DNA of 64,000 bases from Planctomycetota bacterium. GTDB lineage: Bacteria > Planctomycetota > PLA2 > JAEUHO01. Of the stretch, positions 26,652 to 36,589 are shown piece by piece. The stretch spans positions 416,001-480,000 of the forward strand of contig CBDCWP010000021.1 in assembly GCA_965223505.1 (NCBI GenBank), written 5' to 3'. Below the pieces are notes generated by a model. The model was given only the letters and a program-made list of their open reading frames with translations. It did no database searches and had not been told where the DNA came from. Numbering within the stretch: the stretch's first letter is position 1; every line of letters starts with the position of its first letter. The position numbers and the translations under genes are program-made.

Positions 26652-27488
26652 TTACCCGGCGTCTTGCTCGAGGAACGGTGTGCGCTCTTTCTGCGCCATC
26701 AGGATGAGCGTGCGGCCCCAGAGCACGGGGCGGGACAGCATGTTCCGTCCGATCTCACGCAGTGTGCGCTCGATCCGCTCGACGTCCGCCGCGTTCTTCT
26801 TGCGCGCCTTCTTCACCGCGAACCACTCCGAGCGCCGCTGCGAGAGCCAAAGCAGGGGATAGAGCGGCACGGACATGATCGCCGAGCTGAGCGAGTACTT
26901 GGCCGGAAGCGGCGGTGCGACGTCGAATCCAGCCAGCCGCAGCGCGTAGCGAAGCACCGGGTACCGCCAGTGCCACGCGTGGCCGTGGTACAGATCGTCG
27001 CCGTCTCGGCCGAGCAGTGTCGTGTACTCGTTGACGTACCCGCGCCGCGCCGTGCGGTGACCGGTTCGGAAGTACGACCAGCGCGCGCTGAGGTGCAGGA
27101 CGTTCGGTGTCGTGATCAGGAGCTTGCCGCCGACCTCGAGGACGCGCGCGCATTCCCGTAGAAACGCGAGCGGCGCCTCGATGTGCTCGATGCCCTCCTG
27201 GCACAGCATGTAGTCGAACGTCGCGTCGCCGAACGGCAGCGGCTTGGCCATGTCGGCCTTGACGCAATCGATTTGGCAGTGGTCCGGGAGAAGGTCGGCC
27301 GCGGTGACGTCGAATCCGATCTCGCGCAGCGCCAGCGCCGTGTTGCCGAAGCCCGCCGGGAGATCGAGCAGCCGGCCGCGGCCGGTCTCGGCCGCGAGAA
27401 CACGTACGACGTCGCCCGTCGCCTGTGCAGGACGCCGGAAGCGGCGCTGGGACTCGTCCGTCCCGGTGACCCGCTGTGTCTTCGTCAC
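26652..27488 (-). CDS. class I SAM-dependent methyltransferase
   Basis: LLDLPAGFG, LPFGDATFD, EGIEH, GKLLITTPN. Confidence 0.9.
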   Translation of the reverse strand: MTKTQRVTGTDESQRRFRRPAQATGDVVRVLAAETGRGRLLDLPAGFGNTALALREIGFDVTAADLLPDHCQIDCVKADMAKPLPFGDATFDYMLCQEGIEHIEAPLAFLRECARVLEVGGKLLITTPNVLHLSARWSYFRTGHRTARRGYVNEYTTLLGRDGDDLYHGHAWHWRYPVLRYALRLAGFDVAPPLPAKYSLSSAIMSVPLYPLLWLSQRRSEWFAVKKARKKNAADVERIERTLREIGRNMLSRPVLWGRTLILMAQKERTPFLEQDAG

Positions 27489-27529
27489 GACCGCCCTCCT
27501 GCGGTGGACGGTTGTACCGCGCCCTGGAC

Positions 27530-28639
27530 CTAGAACGGGCGCTTCGTTAGTCCGATCTTGTAGTTCCCGGTCTTCGACTTGTAGTAGTGGCGCACGCGGG
27601 CGTAGTACGTCCCCGGCATCAGCAGCTCTTCGATCTTGGGGTTGTAGCCGTATCCACTGTCGTCGTCCTCGGCGATGCGCCGCGTCTGGGAGTCCGGACC
27701 GAGCAGGATCATCACGACGTCCGTGACGCCGCTCGTCGAGATGCGATAGCGCCCCGCCTCTTCGATCTCGAACTTGAAGAGATCCTCTTCACCGCGCTTG
27801 CCGATCCGGGCCTCGATCCGGGGCGCCCCGACGACGAGGTCGACCGGGCGCTCGGCGCGCCCGGGGTACATCGTCTTGATGAACGACTTGTCGTTGGCCG
27901 AGAGGACCCGGTTCCAGCCCACCGCGTAGTTGCCCACGGTGAGCGCCTGCGGGACCGCGTACAGCATGATCGACTTCTTGTCGAACTTCGAGAAGCTCGT
28001 GTGCGACTTGCTGTACCGGAAGAACACCTGGTCATCCACCTCGTCCTTCGTCCAGCCGTCCTTCTCCTTGTAGTAGGCGTAGACCTTCGGCTTGTCCCAC
28101 GGGATCCCGTGCTCGGGGTGAGAGTGCTCGTGAATGCACCCGAGCGCGTGGCCGAACTCGTGCAGCACGACGCGGCTGTACTCGGCGGCGGACGTGTTGT
28201 CGTAGAGCCAGCCGTAGTTCATCGTCGCCTTGTTCTTGTTGATCGAGAGGGCGTCCGTCCCGAGATACGACCAGGATCCGTCGTCGCGGTCGAAGGCGAT
28301 GCGGATCTCGGCGTTCGACGACTGCTTGAAGACCAGATCGACGTTGGCGAACTCCATCCACTTGCGGGCGTACTTCTCGATCTTCTTGCGCACCGTCGAC
28401 GAGCCGCCCTTGAAGCTCACGGTGAGCTTGCGCCCCGGCGCCCAGCGCTTGCCCGTGACCAAAGCCATGCGTGCGCGCTCGTTCGACGGCGGCGCTCCCA
28501 TGGCCGGGCGCGGCGACCGGCCGAGCGACGGGACGTTTGCGGGATTCTCGCTCAACGCCCGACTGGCGGCCGTCATCTGCTTCGCCATCGGAAGCACTTT
28601 CTCACGACAGAGCTTGATGTGTTTGCGGCGCACGGCCAT
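27530..28639 (-). CDS. M12/astacin-like zinc metallopeptidase with C-terminal PPC-like domain
   Basis: HEFGHALGCIHEH, Met-turn SIMLY, GSWSYLGTD; PPC-like EDDDSG motif. Confidence 0.9.
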   Translation of the reverse strand: MAVRRKHIKLCREKVLPMAKQMTAASRALSENPANVPSLGRSPRPAMGAPPSNERARMALVTGKRWAPGRKLTVSFKGGSSTVRKKIEKYARKWMEFANVDLVFKQSSNAEIRIAFDRDDGSWSYLGTDALSINKNKATMNYGWLYDNTSAAEYSRVVLHEFGHALGCIHEHSHPEHGIPWDKPKVYAYYKEKDGWTKDEVDDQVFFRYSKSHTSFSKFDKKSIMLYAVPQALTVGNYAVGWNRVLSANDKSFIKTMYPGRAERPVDLVVGAPRIEARIGKRGEEDLFKFEIEEAGRYRISTSGVTDVVMILLGPDSQTRRIAEDDDSGYGYNPKIEELLMPGTYYARVRHYYKSKTGNYKIGLTKRPF

Positions 28640-28847
28640 GGCGTCCCCCTCTCGTCAATCACTCACATCAGTAGGCTGAAACGCTAGCAAGTTGTTTCCG
28701 CCGTAACAACGGCGCAGTCACCTTGACAACGCGACCTGCGGTTCGCTACAAGACCGTCGCGCGAATGAACGCGCGGTTGATGTGTTTGTTTGGGGATGTC
28801 GGCGCGTGCTGGACGCGCTCGCTGCGTTTCCGCGAGGGGGATTCGAG

Positions 28848-30863
28848 ATGCCGAAAGCCAAGAAGGTGGGTGGAAAGTTCCGCACGTTCGATGCGAGGCC
28901 GGACACGCCCGACTTTCGAGACCGGATGTACGTGCCGACCCTCGTCGAGGTGCCGGTCCACATCACGTTGGACCAGTACCGCGCGCAGTATCCCGACAAC
29001 GACGTTCCGGTTCTCAATCAGGGTCGGGAGGGCGCCTGCACGGGGTTCGCCGCGGCGGCCACGGTCCACTTCCTGCTGCGGTCGCGCGCCGTCGTGCCCG
29101 ACGACGTCGAGGTGAGCCCCCGCATGCTCTACGAGATGGCGAAGCGCTACGACGAGTGGGAGGGCGTGAAGTACGACGGCTCCAGCGTGCGGGGCGCCAT
29201 GAAGGGCTGGCACAAGCACGGCGTCTGCTCGGCCAAGAACTGGCCGTACCGCCGCAAGCCCGACCGGCGGCTGACCAACAAGCGGGCGGTCGACGGCCTG
29301 CGCCGGCCGCTGGGGGCCTACTTCCGTGTGAACCACCGCGACATCGTCGCCATGCACACGGCTCTCGCGGAGGTCGGCATCCTCAACGTGTCCGCACTCG
29401 TCCACACCGGCTGGGGCGACGTCGAAGACGACGGCCTGATCGAGCCCGGCGGCGCGCAGATGGGCGGTCACGCCTTCGTGATCGTGGCCTACGACCAGCG
29501 CGGCTTCTGGATCCAGAACTCCTGGGGCAAGTCGTGGGGGCGGGGTGGCTTCGCGCTGCTCACCTACGACGACTGGCTCGAGAACGGGCGCGATGTCTGG
29601 GTCGCGCGCTTGGGAGCGCCGATCGAGCTGCGCACCGGGCGGGGTTCGGCCGCGGCCAACGCGGGCGCCCGATCCAAGGCGAGTGTCGAGACCATCGCCG
29701 ATCTGCGGCCCCACATCGTGAGCCTCGGCAACGACGGGCAGCTCAGCGAGAAGGGACCGTTCGCGACGACACGCGAGGATCTCAAGAACATCTTCGAAGA
29801 CGACATCCCGCGCATCACGAAGGGCTGGGCCAAGAAGCGCATCCTGCTCTACGCTCACGGCGGACTCACCCCCGCGAAGACGGCGACCCAGCGTGTCGCG
29901 GAGTACCGTGCCGCGCTGCTTGCGAACCAGGTCTATCCCCTGGCGTTCGTCTGGCGGTCCGACCTCTGGAGCACGCTCGAGAACATCTTGAAGGATGCGC
30001 TCTCGCGGCGCCGGGACGAAGGGGTCTTCGACGACATCAAGGACTTCATGCTCGACCGGCTGGACGACGCGCTCGAGCCCATCGCCCGCATCGTCGGCGG
30101 CCGTGCGCTGTGGAGCGAGATGAAGGAAAACGCCACGATGGCGACGACGAGCCGCGCCGGCGGCGCGAGGCTCGCCGCACAGCATCTGGCGAAGCTGGTC
30201 GCGGGCACCTCGAACGTGGAGATCCACCTCGCCGGTCACAGCGCCGGAGGCGTGTTCATGGCGCCGCTCGCGCAGCTGCTCGCGTCGAAGGGCGTGATTC
30301 GCTCCGGCCCGATGAGAAGCAAGAAGGGCCTGGGCCTGCGCGTGAGCTCGAGCACGCTCTGGGCGCCCGCCTGTACGACGCAGCTCTTCAAGGATGCCTT
30401 TCTTCCGCTCATCACGAAGAAGACGCTCCGGAACTTCGCGCTGTTCACCTTGACCGACGAGGCCGAGCAGGACGACCACTGCGCCAAGATCTACAACAAG
30501 TCCTTGCTCTATCTCGTGTCGAACGCGTTCGAGGATCGATTCCGGGTCCCGCTGCTTCGGGACGGCGAGCCGATTCTCGGCATGGAGAAGTGGATCAACG
30601 ACGATCCCGAGCTCAAGCAGACCTTCAGTGCGCGCGGCCCGGCCGACTGGGTCCTCTCGCCCAACACGTTCAAGCTCGGAAGCCCGAAGGCCGCACGGGC
30701 GCGAACTCATGGTGCGTTCGACGACGACACGTTCACGGTGCGCGCAACGCTTGCGCGCATCCTCGGCGTTTCCGGGCCGAAGAAGACCTCGCAGGAGGTG
30801 ACCTTCTTCGAGACACCGCGGCGATTGGAGAGCAGGCTTCGCGATCTGGCGCAGCGCACGTAG
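28848..30863 (+). CDS. C1 (papain-like) peptidase fused to an alpha/beta-hydrolase-like domain
   Basis: NQGREGACTGF, GGHAF, QNSWGKSWG; C-terminal YAHGGL and GHSAG. Confidence 0.88.
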   Translation: MPKAKKVGGKFRTFDARPDTPDFRDRMYVPTLVEVPVHITLDQYRAQYPDNDVPVLNQGREGACTGFAAAATVHFLLRSRAVVPDDVEVSPRMLYEMAKRYDEWEGVKYDGSSVRGAMKGWHKHGVCSAKNWPYRRKPDRRLTNKRAVDGLRRPLGAYFRVNHRDIVAMHTALAEVGILNVSALVHTGWGDVEDDGLIEPGGAQMGGHAFVIVAYDQRGFWIQNSWGKSWGRGGFALLTYDDWLENGRDVWVARLGAPIELRTGRGSAAANAGARSKASVETIADLRPHIVSLGNDGQLSEKGPFATTREDLKNIFEDDIPRITKGWAKKRILLYAHGGLTPAKTATQRVAEYRAALLANQVYPLAFVWRSDLWSTLENILKDALSRRRDEGVFDDIKDFMLDRLDDALEPIARIVGGRALWSEMKENATMATTSRAGGARLAAQHLAKLVAGTSNVEIHLAGHSAGGVFMAPLAQLLASKGVIRSGPMRSKKGLGLRVSSSTLWAPACTTQLFKDAFLPLITKKTLRNFALFTLTDEAEQDDHCAKIYNKSLLYLVSNAFEDRFRVPLLRDGEPILGMEKWINDDPELKQTFSARGPADWVLSPNTFKLGSPKAARARTHGAFDDDTFTVRATLARILGVSGPKKTSQEVTFFETPRRLESRLRDLAQRT

Positions 30864-30929
30864 CCGCCTTCGAGGTGCTCTGCATGCCGGCAGGCTGCAC
30901 GGCGGCGGCGGGATCGCTACACTGCGGGC

Positions 30930-31226
30930 ATGTGCCGCAACATCAAGACGCTCTACAACTTCGCTCCCCCCGCAACCGAGGAGGAGGTGCGCGCTTCCGC
31001 CCTGCAGTACGTCCGCAAGATCAGCGGGATGAACAAGCCGTCCAAGGCCAACGAGGCGACGTTTCGCCGCGCGCTGGAGGAGGTCGTGGCCGCGTCGCAC
31101 CGGCTCCTCGACGACCTGGTGACGAAGGCCGAGCCGCGCAACCGCGAGGCGGAGCGCGAGAAGGCGAGGGAGCGCGGCCGGAAGCGCGAGGCGGCCCTGC
31201 GAGCCCGCTATGCGCAGCGGGAGTGA
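30930..31226 (+). CDS. DUF2277-like small protein
   Basis: MCRNIKTLYNFAPPATEEEVRASALQYVRKISG, recognised family signature. Confidence 0.85.
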   Translation: MCRNIKTLYNFAPPATEEEVRASALQYVRKISGMNKPSKANEATFRRALEEVVAASHRLLDDLVTKAEPRNREAEREKARERGRKREAALRARYAQRE

Positions 31227-31229
31227 GCC

Positions 31230-31811
31230 ATGGGTAGATTCGCAGCGCTCGTACTCCTCGGCTTGGTCGCGACGGGCTGCTCCGTCCCCGTGGCGGATGT
31301 CACGCCCGGTCCGCCGGAGCTCGGCGACGCGATGGTCGTCGAAGTCACCGCCAACGGGACCGGCGGCCGCGTCGAGCTCGTCAAGACGAACGTTCACGCT
31401 CGTGCACGGGGAGCCGCGTTGGACCGCTATGCGGTCGCGATCAAGCGCTGGGAGCAAGACCGCCTCGACACCGGTTTGTTCACGGAGTACGCGGACCTCG
31501 AGCCGGGACAGACCGCATCGAACCTCGTCTATCACGACTGGATGCCCGGCGAGCCCATGGTGCTCGACATCCGCTTCGACGGCGTGTCGTACTGGAAGGG
31601 GCGCGTCGGCACGAAGGACGGCGGGCCGAACCACGTCAAGCTCGTGTTCGAAAACGGCGAGCTGACCCGGCGCGTCGTGGAGACGGTCGACGGTCTGATG
31701 ACCGACGGGAGCTGGATCGGCGGCGCCACCTGGACGCCCCCAGACGATCACGTGCCGTTCGAGCTCGGCAAGACCCGGCCCGATCTCAATCCGCGCCCCG
31801 TGCCTCGATGA
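31230..31811 (+). CDS. lipoprotein, hypothetical
   Basis: Lipobox VATGC after a hydrophobic stretch. Confidence 0.7.
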   Translation: MGRFAALVLLGLVATGCSVPVADVTPGPPELGDAMVVEVTANGTGGRVELVKTNVHARARGAALDRYAVAIKRWEQDRLDTGLFTEYADLEPGQTASNLVYHDWMPGEPMVLDIRFDGVSYWKGRVGTKDGGPNHVKLVFENGELTRRVVETVDGLMTDGSWIGGATWTPPDDHVPFELGKTRPDLNPRPVPR

Positions 31812-31972
31812 TCTTCTGAAGCCCGCGCGCGCCGCGTCGCCTCGCGCCTGTGATCGCCTCGGCTTGTTCTCGCTGCTTCGTGTTGCAGAAGCTTTGCCAA
31901 CGCTTTGCGGGCTTTGGACAACTGCACGCGGCGCTCTCCGTTTGACTGGCCGGTACGGAAACGGAGCGCTTC

Positions 31973-32668
31973 ATGACGGTCGGAGCCGCGTCGATCGAAC
32001 ACAGAGTAAACGCGCATCGCGCCCGCCGGGTCGCGCTCGCGCCGACGCTTCGCTTCGTGCTCACGTCGAGCTTCTGGCTCGTGATGGCGGTCGGAACCGG
32101 CTTGATCGTCTACAACTCCCTGCCGTACTTCACCCTCTCGCGCGAGATCGACTTCCTCGTCGAGAAAGGCCGGCTCTGGGACCAGGCGGCGTGGCGCGTC
32201 TGCTTCTACCTGCACGTCGGCGGCGGTGTGATCTGCCTCGTCTCCGCGCTGACGCAGTTCAGCCGGGTGATCCTGCGCCGCGTCACGACCGTCCACCGAC
32301 ACGCGGGCCGTATCTACGGCGCCGCGGTGCTCTTGCTCGTCGCGCCGGCGGGGGCGTATCTGTCCGTCTACGCGAAGGGCGGCTTCTGGGGCCGCTCCGG
32401 TTTCGCGCTGCTGGCGGTCTCGCTGTTCTACACGACCTGGCTCGGTGTGCGCGAAGCGTCGAATCGCAACTACCGCGCGCATGCACGCTGGATGATCCGC
32501 TCGTACGTGATGGCGGCGAGCGCAGTGAGCTTTCGCGTCTTCTATCTCGCGCTCTACGCGCTCGGCATTCCGAACGAGTACGTGCTCGGAATCTGGCTGA
32601 GCTGGTCCGTCAACCTCGCCGCGGGCGAGGCGGTCATTCATCTCTCGACGAAAGGCAGGACATCATGA
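31973..32668 (+). CDS. DUF2306-like membrane protein
   Basis: FYLHV, HRHAGRIY, HARWMIRSY; multiple TM helices. Confidence 0.8.
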   Translation: MTVGAASIEHRVNAHRARRVALAPTLRFVLTSSFWLVMAVGTGLIVYNSLPYFTLSREIDFLVEKGRLWDQAAWRVCFYLHVGGGVICLVSALTQFSRVILRRVTTVHRHAGRIYGAAVLLLVAPAGAYLSVYAKGGFWGRSGFALLAVSLFYTTWLGVREASNRNYRAHARWMIRSYVMAASAVSFRVFYLALYALGIPNEYVLGIWLSWSVNLAAGEAVIHLSTKGRTS

Positions 32669-33099
32669 AGTTGATCATCGTAGGACCCGTCGTGGCCGTG
32701 CTGAGCGCCGTCGGCGCCATGACCGACGACGCGCCGCAGCGACAGCCGACGCGCGTCAAGGCAATCCCGTTCGAGGCCGCCGCGTTCGACCGCGTCATCC
32801 ACCGTCAGGTGACGGGGCGGTTCGAGGATCTGAACGGCATTCGCAACTTCAGCCGCGCGGCCGTGCGCTCCCGCTATCGGTTCCGCCACGAGTACGTGCG
32901 GCCGCCGCAGGACGAGCAGTACGTGCTGTTCCGCGTCTACCGAACCGACCGTGCCCGCCGCGGTGCGGAGCGCGTCGTGGCCGAAGGGCGCGTCGATCGA
33001 CGGACGATGGCGGTGACGCTGGCGCTCCCGGAGACCCCCGAGGCCTTCCATCTCGTGTCGCGCTTCGCGTTCGGCTCGGCGGACCTGCGTCTGCGCTGA
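32665..33099 (+). CDS. secreted hypothetical protein
   Basis: ATGA overlap with the upstream gene; signal-like MKLIIVGPVVAVLSAVGA. Confidence 0.6.
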   Translation: MKLIIVGPVVAVLSAVGAMTDDAPQRQPTRVKAIPFEAAAFDRVIHRQVTGRFEDLNGIRNFSRAAVRSRYRFRHEYVRPPQDEQYVLFRVYRTDRARRGAERVVAEGRVDRRTMAVTLALPETPEAFHLVSRFAFGSADLRLR

Positions 33100-33219
33100 C
33101 ACAAGCGTGTCCGTGCGAGGGGCCGCCCGGTGGGTTTCGCGGCCCGGCGGCCTCTTTCCGTCTGACCCGGCGGGCCGTTCGCAGTACGCTTGGGCCGAGG
33201 GACCGATCGGGAGGACATC

Positions 33220-33849
33220 GTGCGGATTCTCAGCCTCGTACTCGTCAGCAGCTTCTTCTTGGCCGCCTGCGCCACGACCTCGGGACCGCGCACGCGCGAG
33301 ACGCCGGCCGGGACGGTCGAGCTGTTCAAATTCTTCGAGCAGAAGGGCGACCGGGCCGGCCAGTGGGACATCCTGAGCCCGGACTTCAAGCGCAGGCTCA
33401 GCGACCAGGCCGGCCGTAACGTCGACCTGGCCGACTACGAGTACATTCGCAACGCGTCGCGCAGCGACCCGCGGGTCCGCGCCGCCGAGGAGGCCGTCGG
33501 GACCGTGAGCGTGCAGCGCGTGCGACCGCAAGGGCCGAACCGGGCCGCGGTGACGGTGAACGTGCTCGGCAAGCTCATCGGCAAGAACGCGACGATCGGC
33601 ATGGTGCGCCTGGAGGCGTGGGAGCTCACGACCGTCGACGACCCGGAGCCGTACTGGGGCATCGTCGGCGATCCGCTCATCGGCATCGAGTCGACGGGCG
33701 ACGGAGGCTACGTGGTCTGGACACGTGCGACGCCGAACGGACAGAAGACGCGCATGACGTTCCCCGCTTCGCAGGTGAAGGGCTACCGCTCCGTGTCGAA
33801 GTGGTACGTCGATGACCTGGGCGGGCTCGAAGAGCAGTTCATGCAGTAG
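33220..33849 (+). CDS. lipoprotein, hypothetical
   Basis: GGAGG RBS, GTG start, lipobox LAAC. Confidence 0.75.
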   Translation: MRILSLVLVSSFFLAACATTSGPRTRETPAGTVELFKFFEQKGDRAGQWDILSPDFKRRLSDQAGRNVDLADYEYIRNASRSDPRVRAAEEAVGTVSVQRVRPQGPNRAAVTVNVLGKLIGKNATIGMVRLEAWELTTVDDPEPYWGIVGDPLIGIESTGDGGYVVWTRATPNGQKTRMTFPASQVKGYRSVSKWYVDDLGGLEEQFMQ

Positions 33850-33873
33850 CGCGCGAAGCGCAGCCGCTCCGAG

Positions 33874-34341
33874 CTACGCGTCGTCCCAACGCGGTTCGTC
33901 GTCGATCCAGTCATCGTCCGCGTACTCTTCGTCGTCGTAGTCCTCGTCGTCGTAGAACGCCTGTTCGATCTCCCGCTGGATCCGCGCCTTGTCGCGGATG
34001 GCGACCAGGACGCCCCCGAGGAGCAGGCAGATGCCGCTCCCGACCAAGACCGCGACGTTGGGGCCGCTCGAGCGATAGCCCATGCCGCTGAAGATGCCGG
34101 AGAAAGCGCCGAAGATGCCGATCGCGATCAACGTGGCGCCCGCCGCGCCGGCGGCCGGCGGTGTCGGCGTGGCGCAGCGCACGAGCAGCACGATGCCGTT
34201 GAACACGAGCATCGCGCCGAGGGCCAGCGCGCCCGCCACGATCGTGTCGTCGCCGGAGAGCATGGCCCCGCAGACACCGATGAAGAGCAGGACCCCCGAC
34301 GCCAGGATCAACAGCACGCCGAAGACGATCTTCAGTGCCAT
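33874..34341 (-). CDS. small multi-TM protein with G-x-C-G motif and acidic tail
   Basis: Four hydrophobic segments; LLFIGVCG; FNGIVLLVR shared with the neighbouring gene. Confidence 0.7.
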   Translation of the reverse strand: MALKIVFGVLLILASGVLLFIGVCGAMLSGDDTIVAGALALGAMLVFNGIVLLVRCATPTPPAAGAAGATLIAIGIFGAFSGIFSGMGYRSSGPNVAVLVGSGICLLLGGVLVAIRDKARIQREIEQAFYDDEDYDDEEYADDDWIDDEPRWDDA

Positions 34342-34784
34342 CCGTCCGCTTCCTCCGCCCCGCGGGCACGATCGTAAGCCAAGGGACCGCTACGCGTCCG
34401 TCCTTGTTTCTTCGGTCGAGCCCGCGCGACGCCGTTGCGACGTGAGCCGACGAAACGAGGCGAACGCGGGCGCAAGGAGCGCGACCGACGCGCCGCAGAC
34501 GACCCACACGCCCGATTGCCACTCGGCGAGCGAATAGAGAGGACCCCCGCGTTGGCCGCGAGACTCCCTGCGGCCAACAGCGACCACTCCCATGGTCTGG
34601 GGGAATCGACGAGCCTCGCGCGGAGCAAGAGCGCGATTCCGTTGAACAGACACAGGAGACCCGCGGCGCCGCCGACGGCACCGGCATCCAGGATTCCCGC
34701 GGTGGACCCGCACAGTCCGAGAAGCAGGGGAAACCCGGCGAGGACGATGAGAAGGATGCCCGCCGCCAGCTTGACCGCGTCCAC
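34332..34784 (-). CDS. small membrane protein, paralog of 33874..34341
   Basis: LLLGLCG; FNGIALLLR. The C-terminal part looks non-coding-like and may be degenerate. Confidence 0.55.
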   Translation of the reverse strand: MDAVKLAAGILLIVLAGFPLLLGLCGSTAGILDAGAVGGAAGLLCLFNGIALLLRARLVDSPRPWEWSLLAAGSLAANAGVLSIRSPSGNRACGSSAARRSRSLRPRSPRFVGSRRNGVARARPKKQGRTRSGPLAYDRARGAEEADGWH

Positions 34785-34785
34785 G

Positions 34786-35124
34786 CTACCGCCCCTTTCG
34801 TCCGCCGTACATCAGGATGCAGACGATTAGGATGCCGAGGATGGCGACGCCGCCGATGACCATCACCGAGAGATCCGTTTGCCAGCCGCGCCACGCGATC
34901 GCGCATCCGCCGACGAGGAGCATGACACCCGCCGCGACGAAAAGTAGTCCCGCGGTGTACCCGTGCCATCCCATTCGGATCCACAAGAACGGCGCCAGCA
35001 GGAGCGCGGCGCCGCCGGTGACGTAGAGCGCACCCGGTGTGTCGAGCGCGATGCCGCACGCGAACGCGACGATGCCGGCGATCATGCCGAAGAAGAACTG
35101 CAGCCCGACGGGGGTCTGGTTCAC
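34786..35124 (-). CDS. small four-TM protein with LLVGGC motif
   Basis: Hydrophobic 112-aa ORF co-oriented directly after the radical SAM gene. Confidence 0.65.
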   Translation of the reverse strand: MNQTPVGLQFFFGMIAGIVAFACGIALDTPGALYVTGGAALLLAPFLWIRMGWHGYTAGLLFVAAGVMLLVGGCAIAWRGWQTDLSVMVIGGVAILGILIVCILMYGGRKGR

Positions 35125-35173
35125 TGCGGCCGCCGTTCGTCTGCGCCCACGTTCGCGGTGTGCCCGTCGCTCG

Positions 35174-36589
35174 TCATGCCGGCACGACTCCGCTCGCGTT
35201 CTGAAGCGCGCGCACCTCCTCGAGCCGCCGCTCCTGTGCGGCGTCGCGGTAGAAGATGTTGAACGTGTCGAACGGGATCACGCGCCCGTCCGGATGCACG
35301 ATGTGCACGCAGCTCTTCTTCACCGAACGCACGTCGAGGTTGTACGGGTCCATGAAGTCGACGATCAACACGCGGAAGACGTTGTCGTAGGACAGCTCGC
35401 TCAGCTCGATCTTGGGCAAGCAGCACAGGAGCTGCTGTAGCGAGTCCGCCGACGACTCGGGCGAGTGCGACGTCGAGAAGAGCTCCGTCAGGCGGCCGCG
35501 CAAGTCGACCTGCTCGTAGACGATCGTGCTCTCTTCGCCGCGCAGGAGGATCGTCGGGTCGACCATGCTCGAAAGCGGCAGCACCTTCTCCGGCGTCTTG
35601 AGCGCGTACCCCATCGCGACGCAATCCGGATGGCACGGAACCGGCATCACGTCCTCGGGCTCGAAGAGCGCCGTCTGCGCGAGGATCTGCTGCCGGACCT
35701 CGGAAAGCGTGAGCCGGTCCTTCGCCGGGTCCACACCCTCCAGGCGGCCGGCCGCCTGGATCGGCTGGAACGTGACGCCGCGCACGCAGCGCTGCTTCAG
35801 GGCTTCGTCGATGATCGTCCCGATCTCGTGGTCGTTGACGCCCTTCTTGAGCGTCACCACGAGCGTCGTGGAGAGGTTGAGCTCGTTCAGACGGTCCATG
35901 GTCTGCTCGCGGATGCGCCGAAGGTCCGCGCCGCGAAGGTCGCGCAGCGCGCCCTCCTCGAACGAGTCGAACTGCAGGTAGAGCTCGAACCCCGGCATGT
36001 ACGTCGCGAGCCGCTCGGTGAACTCTCGATCCTCCGCGATCCTGATGCCGTTGGTGTTGACCATGAGGTGCTTGATCGGGCGCGCCTTGGCGGCGTCGAG
36101 GATCTCGAAGAACTGCGGATGGATCGTCGGCTCGCCGCCGCTGATCTGCACCACGTCCGGCTCGCCCTCGTTCGCCACGCAGGCGTCGAGCATGCGCTCG
36201 ATGTGCGCGAGCGAGCGGTGCGAACCGTGATGCGGCGACGACTCCGCGTAGCAGACCGGGCACGTGAGGTTGCAGCGGTCCGTCACCTCGACCAGCGTGA
36301 CGCAACCGTGCTGCTCGTGATCGGTGCAGATGCCGCAGTCGTACGGGCAGCCGAAGCGCGTCTCGGTGTTGAAGCGCTTGGGGAGCTGACCGTGCTTGAG
36401 CGTTCGCCGTGTCCACCGGTGGTACTCGACGTCGGTCGAGACCAGCACCCGCTCGTGCCCGTGCTCGGGGCAACGCTTCAGCATGTAGACGCGGTCGTCG
36501 CGTTCCACGATCTTCGCTTCGACCTTGCGTAGGCACGTGGAGCAGATGCTGTTGGTCAGCTCGAGGAAGAGATCAGGCCGATTCGCCAT
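35174..36589 (-). CDS. radical SAM protein, MJ0619/Tes (GDGT-MAS)-like family
   Basis: N-terminal CxxC...CPEH metal site, GCPYDCGICTDH auxiliary cluster motif, CNLTCPVC radical SAM motif, SGGEPT, C-terminal PCHPDC and KSCVH. Confidence 0.85.
   Translation of the reverse strand: MANRPDLFLELTNSICSTCLRKVEAKIVERDDRVYMLKRCPEHGHERVLVSTDVEYHRWTRRTLKHGQLPKRFNTETRFGCPYDCGICTDHEQHGCVTLVEVTDRCNLTCPVCYAESSPHHGSHRSLAHIERMLDACVANEGEPDVVQISGGEPTIHPQFFEILDAAKARPIKHLMVNTNGIRIAEDREFTERLATYMPGFELYLQFDSFEEGALRDLRGADLRRIREQTMDRLNELNLSTTLVVTLKKGVNDHEIGTIIDEALKQRCVRGVTFQPIQAAGRLEGVDPAKDRLTLSEVRQQILAQTALFEPEDVMPVPCHPDCVAMGYALKTPEKVLPLSSMVDPTILLRGEESTIVYEQVDLRGRLTELFSTSHSPESSADSLQQLLCCLPKIELSELSYDNVFRVLIVDFMDPYNLDVRSVKKSCVHIVHPDGRVIPFDTFNIFYRDAAQERRLEEVRALQNASGVVPA

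Noticed and set aside
31884..31916. Sigma54-like TGGCA-N6-CTGCA on the minus strand and three GCTTTG repeats
   Set aside because: The sigma54-like motif points away from any gene start, and the repeats are short and unevenly spaced.
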